NCBI GenBank assembly: GCA_963422645.2
Contig: CAXXVO010000007.1
Span: 256,001 to 320,000 of the forward strand
DNA length: 64,000 bases
Reading direction: 5' to 3'
DNA from: Alphaproteobacteria bacterium
GTDB lineage: Bacteria; Pseudomonadota; Alphaproteobacteria; UBA828
The notes beneath the pieces are model-generated. The model was not told where the DNA came from. It did not search any database and was given only the letters and a program-made list of their open reading frames with translations. Positions 11,518-21,144 of this stretch are shown here, piece after piece. Every line of letters starts with the position of its first letter. The stretch's first letter is position 1. The position numbers and the translations under genes were made by a program.

Positions 11518-12885
11518 TTAGTAGCGGTTCATGTCGGGGCGGCCGACGGTGTGCTGGGAGCCTGCGAGCGGCACCTGGGCCATGGCCGAAGCCTCCATGG
11601 TGAGCGCGGCGAGGTCCTCGGGCTCCAGGCTGTGCACGTCGGTCTTGCCGCAGGCGCGCGCCATCATCTGGCATTCCAGCGTCAGCGTGTGGAGGAAGTT
11701 GTAGACCCGCTCCGCCGCCTCGTCCGGGTCGAGCCGCTTGCGCAGCTCCGGGTCCTGGGTGGCGACGCCCACGGGGCAGCGCCCGGTATGGCAGTGATAG
11801 CAGTAGCCGGCCTCGACCCCGATCTCGGACTCGTAGTCGGCTTCCGGGATGTCCTTGTTGCAGTTGAGCGCCATCATCACCGAATGCCCGATGGCGACCG
11901 CGTCGGCACCCAGCGCGAGCGCCTTGGCGATGTCGCCGCCGTTGCGGACGCCGCCGGCGTAGACGAGGCTGATGCTGCCGGTGGCGCCGAGGTCGTCGAG
12001 GGCCTTCCGAGCCTGGCGGATCGCCGCGATGCCGGGCACGCCGGTCTCCTCGGTCGCGAGGTGGGGGCCGGCGCCGGTGGAGCCCTCCATCCCGTCGATG
12101 TAGATGCTGTCCGGGCCGGTCTTGATCGCCATGCGCACGTCGTCGTAGACGCGGGCGGCGCCGAGCTTGAGCTGAATCGGGATCTCGGCGTTGGTGGCCT
12201 CGCGGATCTCGTTGATCTTGAGGGCGAGGTCGTCGGGCCCGAGCCAGTCGGGATGGCGCGCGGGCGAGCGCTGGTCGATGCCGGCGGGCAGCGAGCGCAT
12301 CTCAGCCACCTGGTCGGTGACCTTCTGCCCCATCAGGTGGCCGCCGAGCCCGACCTTGCAGCCTTGGCCGATGAAGAACTCGCAGGCATCCGCCAGCCTC
12401 AGGTGGTGGGGGTTGAAGCCGTAGCGGGACTGGATGCACTGGTAGAGCCACTTCTCCGAATAGCGGCGCTCGTCAGGGATCATGCCGCCTTCGCCGGAGC
12501 AGGTGGCGGTGCCGGCCATGGTGGCGCCGCGGGCGAGCGCGGTCTTGGCCTCGTAGGAGAGCGCGCCGAAGCTCATGCCGGTGACGTAGACGGGGATGTC
12601 GAGCACCAACGGGCGCTTGGCCTTGGGCCCGATCACCGTGGTGGTCGTGCACTTCTCGCGGTAGCCCTCGATGACGAAGCGGGTGAGCGTGCCCGGCAGG
12701 AAGGTGAGGTCGTCGAAGGTCGGGATGTTCTTGAAGAGCGAGAAGCCCCGCATCCGATAGCGGCCGAGCTCCGCCTTGATGTGGATGTCGTCGATCACCT
12801 CCGGCGAAAAGATACTGCTCCGCCCCAGGATGTGACGGTTGCGGCTGGGCCGGTTGGCGACGGCTTCGCGTCTGTCGCTGGCCAT
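11518..12885 (-). CDS. mgsC: FMN-binding glutamate synthase-like subunit (N-methylglutamate synthase C / GlxD)
   Basis: GMSFGALS, SGEGGM, GQGCKVGLGGHL, SPARHPDW, CYHCHTGRCPVGVATQDP; follows GXGXG and GATase-II genes. Confidence 0.85.
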   Translation of the reverse strand: MASDRREAVANRPSRNRHILGRSSIFSPEVIDDIHIKAELGRYRMRGFSLFKNIPTFDDLTFLPGTLTRFVIEGYREKCTTTTVIGPKAKRPLVLDIPVYVTGMSFGALSYEAKTALARGATMAGTATCSGEGGMIPDERRYSEKWLYQCIQSRYGFNPHHLRLADACEFFIGQGCKVGLGGHLMGQKVTDQVAEMRSLPAGIDQRSPARHPDWLGPDDLALKINEIREATNAEIPIQLKLGAARVYDDVRMAIKTGPDSIYIDGMEGSTGAGPHLATEETGVPGIAAIRQARKALDDLGATGSISLVYAGGVRNGGDIAKALALGADAVAIGHSVMMALNCNKDIPEADYESEIGVEAGYCYHCHTGRCPVGVATQDPELRKRLDPDEAAERVYNFLHTLTLECQMMARACGKTDVHSLEPEDLAALTMEASAMAQVPLAGSQHTVGRPDMNRY

Positions 12886-12923
12886 GACGGGCTCCTTACT
12901 GGGTCGCGAGAGGCCGCGCTCGC

Positions 12924-13775
12924 TCAGAGCGCGATCTTCTTCTCGGTCGGCTCGAGGTTGTCGTAGTTCCAAAGCTGCTTGCCAGCCACGATCTTGGTCA
13001 GGTTCGCGACGCCCTTGGGCGCCTCCATCCCATAGGTCGCGAGCTTCCTCTCGAGCCAGCGCGCCTCGACGTCGGTGATCTCGCCGGGCACGGCATCGAC
13101 GCCGAGGGAAGCGATGGTGCCGCCCACGAAGATCGTGCCGTCATAGAGCGAATCCCCGAGGTTGGGGCCCGCGTCGCCGAGGATGACGATACGCCCGCGC
13201 TGCATCATGAAGCCGGTGAAGGCGCCGGCGCGGCCGCCGATGATGATGGTGCCGCCCTTCATGTCGATACCGGTGCGGGAGCCGACATCGCCCTTGCAGA
13301 CGAGATCGCCGCCCCGCAGCGCGGCGCCGAAGGTGGATCCCGCGTTCTTCTCGATCACCACGACGCCTGCCATCATGTTCTCGGCGCAGGACCAGCCGAC
13401 GCGGCCCTTGATGTGGACGTTGGGGCCGTCGATCAGGCCGCAGCCGAAGTAGCCGAGGCTGCCCTCGAAATCGAGCTTGAGGCGGTTGAGGATGCCGACG
13501 CCGAGGGAGTGCTTGGCCAGCGGATTCTGCACCACGATGTGGCCGTAGCCCTCTTCCATCAGCTCACGGATGCGGAGATTGAGGGCGGGCCCCTCCATCT
13601 CCGCCGCGTCGATCGTCGCCTTCTTGGTGAAATCGACGTCGAAGCCTTCGGGATAGGTGTAGTTGTCGCCTTCCTCCGGGTAGAAGAAGACCTGCTGGGT
13701 GCGGCCGGCGAGCTGCTCCGCGTGCAGCCCCATGTCATGGGACTTGTGCCGGTCGGCAGGGCTCAGTTCTGCCAT
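12924..13775 (-). CDS. mgsB: GXGXG (GltB C-terminal-like) subunit (N-methylglutamate synthase B / GlxC)
   Basis: HSLGVG, GSLGYFGCG, AENMMAG, GSRTGIDMKGGTIIIGG beta-helix repeats. Confidence 0.85.
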   Translation of the reverse strand: MAELSPADRHKSHDMGLHAEQLAGRTQQVFFYPEEGDNYTYPEGFDVDFTKKATIDAAEMEGPALNLRIRELMEEGYGHIVVQNPLAKHSLGVGILNRLKLDFEGSLGYFGCGLIDGPNVHIKGRVGWSCAENMMAGVVVIEKNAGSTFGAALRGGDLVCKGDVGSRTGIDMKGGTIIIGGRAGAFTGFMMQRGRIVILGDAGPNLGDSLYDGTIFVGGTIASLGVDAVPGEITDVEARWLERKLATYGMEAPKGVANLTKIVAGKQLWNYDNLEPTEKKIAL

Positions 13776-14719
13776 ACCATGACCTCCCCTTCGTAGGGAT
13801 CCCAGGTGTCGATCTCGTCGGGCATGATGCCGCGGATCGCGACCTCCTCGGAGGCGAGGCCGACGAAATCGTCGCTTTCGTAGAGCACCATGGGCTTGGC
13901 CGCCATCGTGTCCTTGGCCATGCCCAGGCTGTCCGCCGTCGCCACCAGATAGGTGAAGACGCCGTCAAGCTCGCCCACCGAACGATCCATCGCGTCCTTG
14001 AGCGCGTCGCCCCGTTCGATGCGGTCGGCGAGGTAGACGGCGATCAGCTCCGAATCGCAGTTCGACATGAAGCGATGGCCCCGGTGCTCCAGCGCCCGGC
14101 GGAACTTCCAGTAGTTGGTGAGCTGACCGTTGTGGACCACGGCGACGTCGTTGAAGGGATAGGCCCAGTAGGGGTGGGCCGAGCGGATGTCGACGTCCGA
14201 TTCCGTCGCCATCCGGGTGTGGCCGATGGCGTGGGTGCCCTGGAAGCCGGCGAGGCTGTACTGCTCACTCACGATGCCGGCGTCGCCCAGGTCCTTGATC
14301 AGCTCCAGCGCGCGGCCGAGGGAGAGAATCTCCGCACCTTCGACATCTTCGATATAGTCGGCGAAGCGCTTGAGCCGCTGCTGGCCGCCGTCGTCGCCAG
14401 CGGGGAAGCGCAGGCCGTAGCGGAACGCATACTCGGTTGCCGCTTCCTCGCCGACGATCTCGACATCCATGCTGCGGATGCGCGAATCGACCTCGGCCTT
14501 GCGGTCCTTGATCTGCTGATGGATTTCGAAGCCTTTGCCGATGTCCTCCTGTTCCGCCACCTTGAAGCGCATCACGAGGTCGCTCTCGACCGGAATGCCG
14601 TAGATGGCGAAGCCGGTGGAATCCGGCCCGCGGTGCTTGAGCGCCTGGAGCATCGTGGTCATCTCCGCCCCGATGTCGCCGCTCGATCCGCGATGGATCA
14701 GTCCTGCTATCCCGCACAT
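13763..14719 (-). CDS. mgsA: Class II glutamine amidotransferase subunit (N-methylglutamate synthase A / GlxB)
   Basis: True start MCGIAG (Ntn Cys2) at 14719; HRGPDSTG, IGHTRMATES, AHPY, VHNGQLTN, CDSE. Confidence 0.87.
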   Translation of the reverse strand: MCGIAGLIHRGSSGDIGAEMTTMLQALKHRGPDSTGFAIYGIPVESDLVMRFKVAEQEDIGKGFEIHQQIKDRKAEVDSRIRSMDVEIVGEEAATEYAFRYGLRFPAGDDGGQQRLKRFADYIEDVEGAEILSLGRALELIKDLGDAGIVSEQYSLAGFQGTHAIGHTRMATESDVDIRSAHPYWAYPFNDVAVVHNGQLTNYWKFRRALEHRGHRFMSNCDSELIAVYLADRIERGDALKDAMDRSVGELDGVFTYLVATADSLGMAKDTMAAKPMVLYESDDFVGLASEEVAIRGIMPDEIDTWDPYEGEVMVWQN

Positions 14720-14742
14720 GGGCGCCTCGTCTTTCCAATTCG

Positions 14743-16212
14743 TTAGGGCAGGCAGTCGAGATAGGTCTCGACATCCCACTCGGTGACCGTGGACATGAAG
14801 CGCTCCCACTCGTCGCGCTTGTAGTGCAAGAAGACGCGGAGCATCTCGTCCGGCAGCGCGGACTTGATCACCTCGTCGCGCTCCAGCGCGTCGAGCGCGT
14901 CGCCCAGGGACATCGGCAACTTCTTCACCAGCTTGCCGGCCTCCATGGCCTGGTAGATGTTGCGCTCCTCTGGCTCGCCGGGGTCGAGGTCCCGCGAAAT
15001 GCCGTCGTCGAAGGCCTTGAGAATCGCGCTGGCCATCAGGTAGGGATTGACCATCGAATCCACCGAGCGGTATTCGAAACGGCCCGGCGCCGAGACACGC
15101 AGGCCGCAGGTCCGGTTCTGGTAACCCCAGTCGGCGAAAACCGGCGCCCAGAAGCCGGTGTCCCAGAGACGCCGGTACGAGTTGACCGTGGACGAGCCGA
15201 GGGCCGTGAGCGCGTCGAGATGCTCCATCACGCCGCCAATGCACTTGAGTCCGACCGGGCCAGGCTTGTGGGCGTCGATCGCGGGGTCCGGCATGAACAG
15301 GTTTTCGCCACCCTTCCAATAGCTGAAGGTGTCGTCCATGCCGGCGATCGGGTCCTGATGCAGCGTGTTGACTTGCTGCGCGCCGCCGCTCCAGAGCGAG
15401 ACGTTGTGATGGCAACCGCTCGCCGAGACCCCCATGAAGGGCTTCGACATGAAGCAGGCGATAACGCCGTGCTCGCGCGCGACCTGCGCGCAGATCTGAC
15501 GATAGGTGGTGAGCCGGTCGGCGGTTCTGAGCGCATCGTCGAAGTTGAAGTTGAGTTCCAGCTGGCCGGGCGCGTCCTCATGGTCGCCCTGGATCATGTC
15601 GAGCCCCATCGCCTGGGAATACTCGATCACCCGCATGAAGATCGGCCGGAGCTCCTCGAACTGGTCGATGTGGTAGCAGTTGGGCTTGGTCACGCCGCCG
15701 TCGGTCCCGCCGTCCGCGCCGCGCTTGAGCCACATCATCTCGGGCTCGGTTCCGTGGCGCATCTGCATCCCGTGCTTGGCCTGAAACTCGTCGTGCGCGA
15801 TCCGCAGGTTGCCTCGGCAGTCCGAGGTCAGATGGCCGCCCGGATTCTCACGCTCCTCCCGGTTGCGGAAGCAGGTGCAGAAGACGCGCGCGACGCGCTT
15901 GTCCCAGGGCAGCTGGGCGAAGGTCTCGGGGTCGGGGATGCCGACCAGTTCCGACGCTTCCGGCCCGTAGCCGATGTAGTTGGAGTGGCGGTCGGTGAAG
16001 AGGTTGGCGGTCGAGCCGTAGACCAGCTGGAAGCCGCGCGCGGCGATCTGTTCCCAGTGATCGGCCGGGATGCCCTTGCCAACGATCCGCCCGGTGACGG
16101 AGACGAACTGATAGTAGATGTAGGTCACGCCGAGCTCGTCGATCTTGGCGCGCACCTGCCGCACCAGCTCTTCGCGACCCTCCCGGTTCACATGGGCTTC
16201 AAGATCGGTCAT
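14743..16212 (-). CDS. gmaS: Glutamine synthetase-like ligase, probable gamma-glutamylmethylamide synthetase
   Basis: GS motifs GTEPE, DHEDAPGQLELN, FMSKP..G.SASGCH, NSYRRL, QNRT, RFEYRSVD..NPYL; GmaS role inferred from mgsABC context. Confidence 0.72.
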   Translation of the reverse strand: MTDLEAHVNREGREELVRQVRAKIDELGVTYIYYQFVSVTGRIVGKGIPADHWEQIAARGFQLVYGSTANLFTDRHSNYIGYGPEASELVGIPDPETFAQLPWDKRVARVFCTCFRNREERENPGGHLTSDCRGNLRIAHDEFQAKHGMQMRHGTEPEMMWLKRGADGGTDGGVTKPNCYHIDQFEELRPIFMRVIEYSQAMGLDMIQGDHEDAPGQLELNFNFDDALRTADRLTTYRQICAQVAREHGVIACFMSKPFMGVSASGCHHNVSLWSGGAQQVNTLHQDPIAGMDDTFSYWKGGENLFMPDPAIDAHKPGPVGLKCIGGVMEHLDALTALGSSTVNSYRRLWDTGFWAPVFADWGYQNRTCGLRVSAPGRFEYRSVDSMVNPYLMASAILKAFDDGISRDLDPGEPEERNIYQAMEAGKLVKKLPMSLGDALDALERDEVIKSALPDEMLRVFLHYKRDEWERFMSTVTEWDVETYLDCLP

Positions 16213-16245
16213 CTCCGGTTCCTCCCTGGCAATCGGCCGGTCTCG

Positions 16246-17589
16246 TCAGCTCCACGGGAAGGGGCTGTTGGAGACCGGGTGAAGGCGGCCCTCCGCAAAG
16301 CGTGAGAAGCGGAACGGCGCGAGCAGCGCACTCTCGCGGCCCATCAGCTCGTCCGCAACCAGCTTGCCGACGGCGAGCATCTTGTAGCCGTGGTTCGAGT
16401 CGGCGATCACGTAGCAGTTTTCGCGGAAGCGATCGAAGACGGGGAAGCTGTCGGCGGCAAAGGCGCCGATTCCGCCGGACGGCTCATCGAGCCAGCGGCC
16501 GATCTGGCCCTTGTAGCGGCCCTGGCAGAAGGCGAGCGCCGAGCACCACATCTCCCTGAACGCCTCGTCGACGACGAATTCCGGCGATTCCGGCCCGTAG
16601 GGATCGATCGCGACGTCGGGTACCGCAGTCTCCACCTTGTAGGGGGCGGCACCGCCCTGGACGCCGCCGAAGTTGAAGTCCGGCTTGTAGTAGATACCCC
16701 ACATCTCGTCTGTGATGAGCCTGCCGTCCACGTCGGAATAGAGCGGCTCGTCGGAATCGACGTGGATCACCGGCGGCATCGAGCCGTCGTCCGCCATGCC
16801 GTAGGAGGGCTCGACGGCGATCGTCCCTTCCTGGAGGCACCAGAAGCGCCACATCGCAACGTCGCGGTGCACCCTGCCTTCCAGATCCTTCACGTCGATG
16901 CGATCCGGCAAGTCGAGCATGTCCCAGATGCGCGGCACCCAGGGCCCGACCGCGACGATGACCTGGTCGACGCCGATGGAACCCTGATCGGTCTCGACCG
17001 ACGTCACCGCCTTGGAGTTGGCGCCGAAGCCGAAGCCCTTGACCTCGACCCCGGTGAGGATGCGCACGCCGGCACCCCTCGCCTTGTCCGCAAGCCCGTG
17101 GATGGAGGCCTTGTTGTGCGCGTATCCGCCCTTTTTCTCGTGCAGGACGGAGGTAACGCCCGGCGCCTGCCAGTCACTGAAGAGGCCCTGCATGTAGCGC
17201 GCACACTCGGCCTCGCCCTCGATGAACTCGGACTCGTAGCCGATCGCCCGCTGCTGATCGGCGATCTCGGCGATCTGGCTGCGCATGCTCTCGGGGCTGA
17301 TCTGCATATAGCCCACGGGATGGTAGTGGTAGGCCTCGGGGTCGCTCTCCCACTCCTCCACGCAGGCCGCCATCAGCTCGCGCATCGCCGGCTGATAGTA
17401 GTTGTTGCGGACCACGCCGCAGGCAATGCCCGAGGCGCCGGCGGCGATGTCGGTCTTGTCCACCACCAGAATGTCGGCAGCGGCGCCGTTGCCCTTTGCC
17501 TTGAGAGCGGATGCGAGATGATAGGCGGTGGCGAGGCCGTGGATTCCGGCCCCGATGATCAGATACTTGACGTGACCCGGAAGCGCCAT
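16246..17589 (-). CDS. FAD-dependent oxidoreductase, DAO / sarcosine oxidase beta-like (MgdA-like)
   Basis: IIGAGIHG dinucleotide motif, GASGIACGVVRNNY, VAVGPW, SNHGYKM; first gene of the operon. Confidence 0.8.
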   Translation of the reverse strand: MALPGHVKYLIIGAGIHGLATAYHLASALKAKGNGAAADILVVDKTDIAAGASGIACGVVRNNYYQPAMRELMAACVEEWESDPEAYHYHPVGYMQISPESMRSQIAEIADQQRAIGYESEFIEGEAECARYMQGLFSDWQAPGVTSVLHEKKGGYAHNKASIHGLADKARGAGVRILTGVEVKGFGFGANSKAVTSVETDQGSIGVDQVIVAVGPWVPRIWDMLDLPDRIDVKDLEGRVHRDVAMWRFWCLQEGTIAVEPSYGMADDGSMPPVIHVDSDEPLYSDVDGRLITDEMWGIYYKPDFNFGGVQGGAAPYKVETAVPDVAIDPYGPESPEFVVDEAFREMWCSALAFCQGRYKGQIGRWLDEPSGGIGAFAADSFPVFDRFRENCYVIADSNHGYKMLAVGKLVADELMGRESALLAPFRFSRFAEGRLHPVSNSPFPWS

Positions 17590-17662
17590 CTGCCCTCTCT
17601 CCTGGCGTCGCTCGGCCCTTGTTCGGGGGCGGACTCAAGCCGGGAGGTCCACATTTGTCAAG

Positions 17663-17738
17663 CCAATTGTGGCCCAATCGGAACGACCAATTATGAACCA
17701 ATATGAATGAATGGTTGTAAGATTGGTCAAAATTGATT
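17663..17738. promoter_or_regulatory. AT-rich divergent promoter with three CAATT..CCAAT putative GntR/FadR operators
   Basis: CCAATTGTGGCCCAAT, CCAATTATGAACCAAT and reverse-strand TCAATTTTGACCAAT between divergent genes. Confidence 0.55.
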
Positions 17739-17844
17739 AAAGCAAAGAGGCCCGCATACGGTCTGCGCCGTGACTTACGGCGTTTTGGGAGGCGACGGGG
17801 GCACGGACCGGCGGGCGGCGCGCAACAAAAAATGGGCGGGCGCC

Positions 17845-18564
17845 ATGGCGATCGAGGGCACACAGGTCGGTAACCAGAACGGTGGAATTCCGAGGCCGGC
17901 CGATTCGGCGGCCGATGTGATCGCGGCGCAGCTCTCGCGGCAAATCCTCGACGGGTCGCTCGCGATGGGCGACCGGCTGCCGCCGGAACGCAGTCTCGCC
18001 GAATCCTTCTCGGCCTCGCGCGGCACGGTGCGCGAGGCCCTGCGCTCGCTCTCGGCGCGCGGCCTGGTGGCGCGCCGGGTGGGCAGCGGCACCTTCGTCA
18101 TCTACGAGCCCGACGCCGGCGAGACCGATGTCTCCGAGATCACCTCGCCGCTGGAGCTGGTCGAGGTCCGCGCCGCCGTCGAGCCGCAGATGGCCCGGCT
18201 CGCGGTGCGCAACGCTACGGCGCGCGACATGGCCGCGCTGCAGCGTGCGGTCGCCGAGATGGAAGGGGTGCAGGACGCCGAGGGCTTTTCACTGGCCGAC
18301 GAGATGTTTCACCTGAGGCTGGCCGAGGCCACCCACAATCCCCTGATCGTCGAGATCTATCACCGGATCAACCACGTCCGAGCCCACCAGCAATGGGACT
18401 CGATCAAGAACAAGATCCTGACCCCGGAGCAGATCAGCGCCTACAACGCCGAGCACCGTGCGCTGCTCGCGGCGCTCTCCCGCCGCGATGCGGATCGCGC
18501 CGTCGAAGTGATCTCCCGTCACATGGACCGCGCCCGCGCCGACCTGCTGACCAGCGCCGCCTGA
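17845..18564 (+). CDS. GntR/FadR family transcriptional regulator
   Basis: wHTH GDRLPPERSLAESFSASRGTVREAL...GSGTFV plus FCD domain (D..FH..LAEATHN, EH). Confidence 0.93.
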   Translation: MAIEGTQVGNQNGGIPRPADSAADVIAAQLSRQILDGSLAMGDRLPPERSLAESFSASRGTVREALRSLSARGLVARRVGSGTFVIYEPDAGETDVSEITSPLELVEVRAAVEPQMARLAVRNATARDMAALQRAVAEMEGVQDAEGFSLADEMFHLRLAEATHNPLIVEIYHRINHVRAHQQWDSIKNKILTPEQISAYNAEHRALLAALSRRDADRAVEVISRHMDRARADLLTSAA

Positions 18565-18759
18565 ATCGACCGCTCCGCGAGGGGCGAATCTCCGCTCTCC
18601 GCGAATTCGGGGTGAGGCAGCGCCCCGATTGTGCTTAGATTGTCGTGATCGTCGCCTCCGCAATCCTGCGGAGAGCGGCCGGCGCGTCACGACCGATCGA
18701 TGCCGCCTTCGCGGGGCTGGACGCGGGCCTCGGCGCGCGGCGCCACAGGGGAGAAGACC

Positions 18760-19953
18760 ATGAACGAGGACAAACTTCTCAAGCAGATGATGAAGCGCGA
18801 CCCGGTGCGCGGCGCCTCCGCCACCAGGCGTCAGGTGCTTCAGGGTATCGGCGCGGGCGCGCTCGCGCTGGGTGCGGGCAGCGCCCTCGCGGGCCGGGCC
18901 CGAGCCGCTGACGAACTGACGATGCTGACGTGGGACGGCTACGTGGACCCGCGCGTGCTCGACGGCTTCACCGACCAGTACGACACGGGTATCAAGTACG
19001 AGCTGCACACCTCGGACCCGGACTCGGTCAACAAGCTCCGCGCCGGCGAGACCGCGATCTGGGACATCATCAACCTAAACAACCCGTGGGCGCGTGAGAT
19101 GATGTGGCCGGAGGGGCTCATCGTCGAGCTCGACCGGGCCCGTTTCGAGCCCTACTTCGATGCGATGCTGCCGATGTTCAAACCGCCCTACAAGTGGGCG
19201 ATGAGCCTCGACAACGAGCATCTGCTGGGGGTGTGCCAGCGGGTCGACACCTTCGACTTCGTGGTCAACACCGACGTCGTCTCGGCCGACATGGCGAAGG
19301 ACGAAGGCTGGGATCTCTTCAACAATCCCGACATGGCCGGCCGCTACGGCATCCTCGCCTACGACAACTGGAACATCATGCACATCTGCATGGCCGCCGG
19401 CCTGCACCCCTTCAAGGAGAAGACCGACGACCAGGTCGCGACCTTCGAGGAAGCCGCGCGGCGGCTCATCAACGGCGCGAAGATGGTCTCGGACGACTTC
19501 GTCGCGGTGAACCTCGCCGTGGTCAACGGCGAGATCGACTTGTACTTCGGCGGCGGCACCTACTCGATCTCGGCGGCGCGCCTCGACGGGCTCACCAACC
19601 TCTATCACGTGGTGCCGAAGAGCGGGCCTGCCGACGGCAAGGGCGGGATCAACTGGATCGAGCTCAGCTCGGTGGTCAACAATCCCGACCTCCACCCGAA
19701 GGCCTTCGACTGGATGGAATACATCCTCCAGCCCGACACCTCCTACGCGGTGGCGACCGCCGGCGGCTTCCTGCTCCCCGTGGGGCAGATGGCGCAGCCG
19801 GAGCTGCTCGACAAGTTCTCGGCGGAAGAGCTCGACTCCTTCCAGTGGGACGAGTTCGACTACCGCATCTCGCACTCCGTCGAGTACGACGTGGTGCCGG
19901 AATACAACCGGCTCTACGACATCTACACGGCGGCGCGCCGCGAGAAGACGTAA
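18760..19953 (+). CDS. PotD/PotF-type ABC substrate-binding protein, Tat-exported
   Basis: Twin-Arg TRRQVL signal, LTWDGYVD motif; upstream of ATPase and two permeases. Confidence 0.85.
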   Translation: MNEDKLLKQMMKRDPVRGASATRRQVLQGIGAGALALGAGSALAGRARAADELTMLTWDGYVDPRVLDGFTDQYDTGIKYELHTSDPDSVNKLRAGETAIWDIINLNNPWAREMMWPEGLIVELDRARFEPYFDAMLPMFKPPYKWAMSLDNEHLLGVCQRVDTFDFVVNTDVVSADMAKDEGWDLFNNPDMAGRYGILAYDNWNIMHICMAAGLHPFKEKTDDQVATFEEAARRLINGAKMVSDDFVAVNLAVVNGEIDLYFGGGTYSISAARLDGLTNLYHVVPKSGPADGKGGINWIELSSVVNNPDLHPKAFDWMEYILQPDTSYAVATAGGFLLPVGQMAQPELLDKFSAEELDSFQWDEFDYRISHSVEYDVVPEYNRLYDIYTAARREKT

Positions 19954-19971
19954 ATCCGGCCGGATGAAGTG

Positions 19972-20002
19972 GGGGCGCGCGGCGACCGAAGCGGCGCGCC
20001 CC
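19972..20002 (+). other. Intercistronic GC stem-loop after the binding-protein gene
   Basis: GGGGCGCGC ... GCGCGCCCC 9-bp stem, no U-tract. Confidence 0.45.
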
Positions 20003-20076
20003 TACCATGACCGCTCGCCCGGCCGGACCCGGCCGGGCGGCGGCGCATTTGCGGAGAGAGGATCGAGACGAACGCC

Positions 20077-21144
20077 ATGGTGGATGCCGCGCCACTCCTG
20101 CGCATGGTCAACCTGACCAAGCAGTTCGGTCGACTGGTCGCCGTGAACGACGTCAGCCTCGACATCCAGGAGGGCGAGTTCTTCACCATCGTCGGGCCCT
20201 CGGGCAGCGGCAAGACCACGCTGCTGCGCATGCTGGGCGGGCTGGAGAAGCCGACGGCCGGCGACATCTTCCTCCGCGAGGAGCGGGTCAACCAGGTGCC
20301 CGCCAACCGGCGCCCGACCTGCATGGTCTTTCAGTCGCTCGCGCTCTTCAATCACAAGACGGTCGGCCAGAACATCGAATTCTCGTTGAAGATGCGGGGC
20401 GAGAGCCGCCGCGCCCGCCGCGAGCGCGGCCTCTCGCTCATGAACGTGGTCCAGCTGCCCGAGGACTACTACGACAAGTCCGTCACCAAGTGCTCGGGCG
20501 GTGAGCGCCAGCGCGTGGCGCTGGCCCGCGCCTTGGCCTCCGACCCGGAAATCCTCTTCTTCGACGAGCCGCTGTCGGCCATCGACTATCGCCTGCGCAA
20601 GCTGCTCGAGGTCGAGCTCAAGGACCTCCACCGCACCACCGGCAAGACCTTCGTCTACATCACCCACAGCCTCGAGGAGGCGATGGTGATGAGCGACCGC
20701 ATCGGGATCATGCAGGAGGGGCGCCTGATTCAGATCGGCTCGCCCAACGAGATCTATCTCCGCCCCCGCAACAAGTTCGTCTCCGAGTTCATGGGCGAGG
20801 TGAACATCTTTTCGGTGCAGGCCGGCGCGGACGGCGCCATCGACTGCCCCGCCTTCGAGCGCCGCTTCACCAGCCCGGCCCGGCCGGAGGGCTTCAGCCA
20901 GGGCTATCTCGTGATCCGGCCCGAATCGATGCGTTTCCTCAACGATCCCTCGGAGGCGGAGAACCATCTGGAGGGATCGCTCTTCAACGAGTACGCACTG
21001 GGCTCCCGGGTGCAGTACCACGTGAGCGCCGGCGGCTCGATGTTCGTCGTCGAGAAGCTCCGCGAGCAGGCCTATCGGGGCGCGCTCAACGACGACGTCA
21101 TGATCGGCTGGGACGCCAAAGACAGCGTGCTCGTGACCGACTGA
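20077..21144 (+). CDS. PotA-like ABC ATPase
   Basis: GPSGSGKTT, SGGERQRVALARAL, FFDEPLS, YITH, C-terminal TOBE-like region. Confidence 0.93.
   Translation: MVDAAPLLRMVNLTKQFGRLVAVNDVSLDIQEGEFFTIVGPSGSGKTTLLRMLGGLEKPTAGDIFLREERVNQVPANRRPTCMVFQSLALFNHKTVGQNIEFSLKMRGESRRARRERGLSLMNVVQLPEDYYDKSVTKCSGGERQRVALARALASDPEILFFDEPLSAIDYRLRKLLEVELKDLHRTTGKTFVYITHSLEEAMVMSDRIGIMQEGRLIQIGSPNEIYLRPRNKFVSEFMGEVNIFSVQAGADGAIDCPAFERRFTSPARPEGFSQGYLVIRPESMRFLNDPSEAENHLEGSLFNEYALGSRVQYHVSAGGSMFVVEKLREQAYRGALNDDVMIGWDAKDSVLVTD

Noticed and set aside
11518-16212. Ordinary glnA/gltB nitrogen assimilation genes
   Set aside because: Split three-gene GltB-like layout with a GS-like gene and a SoxB-like flavoprotein matches the N-methylglutamate pathway instead
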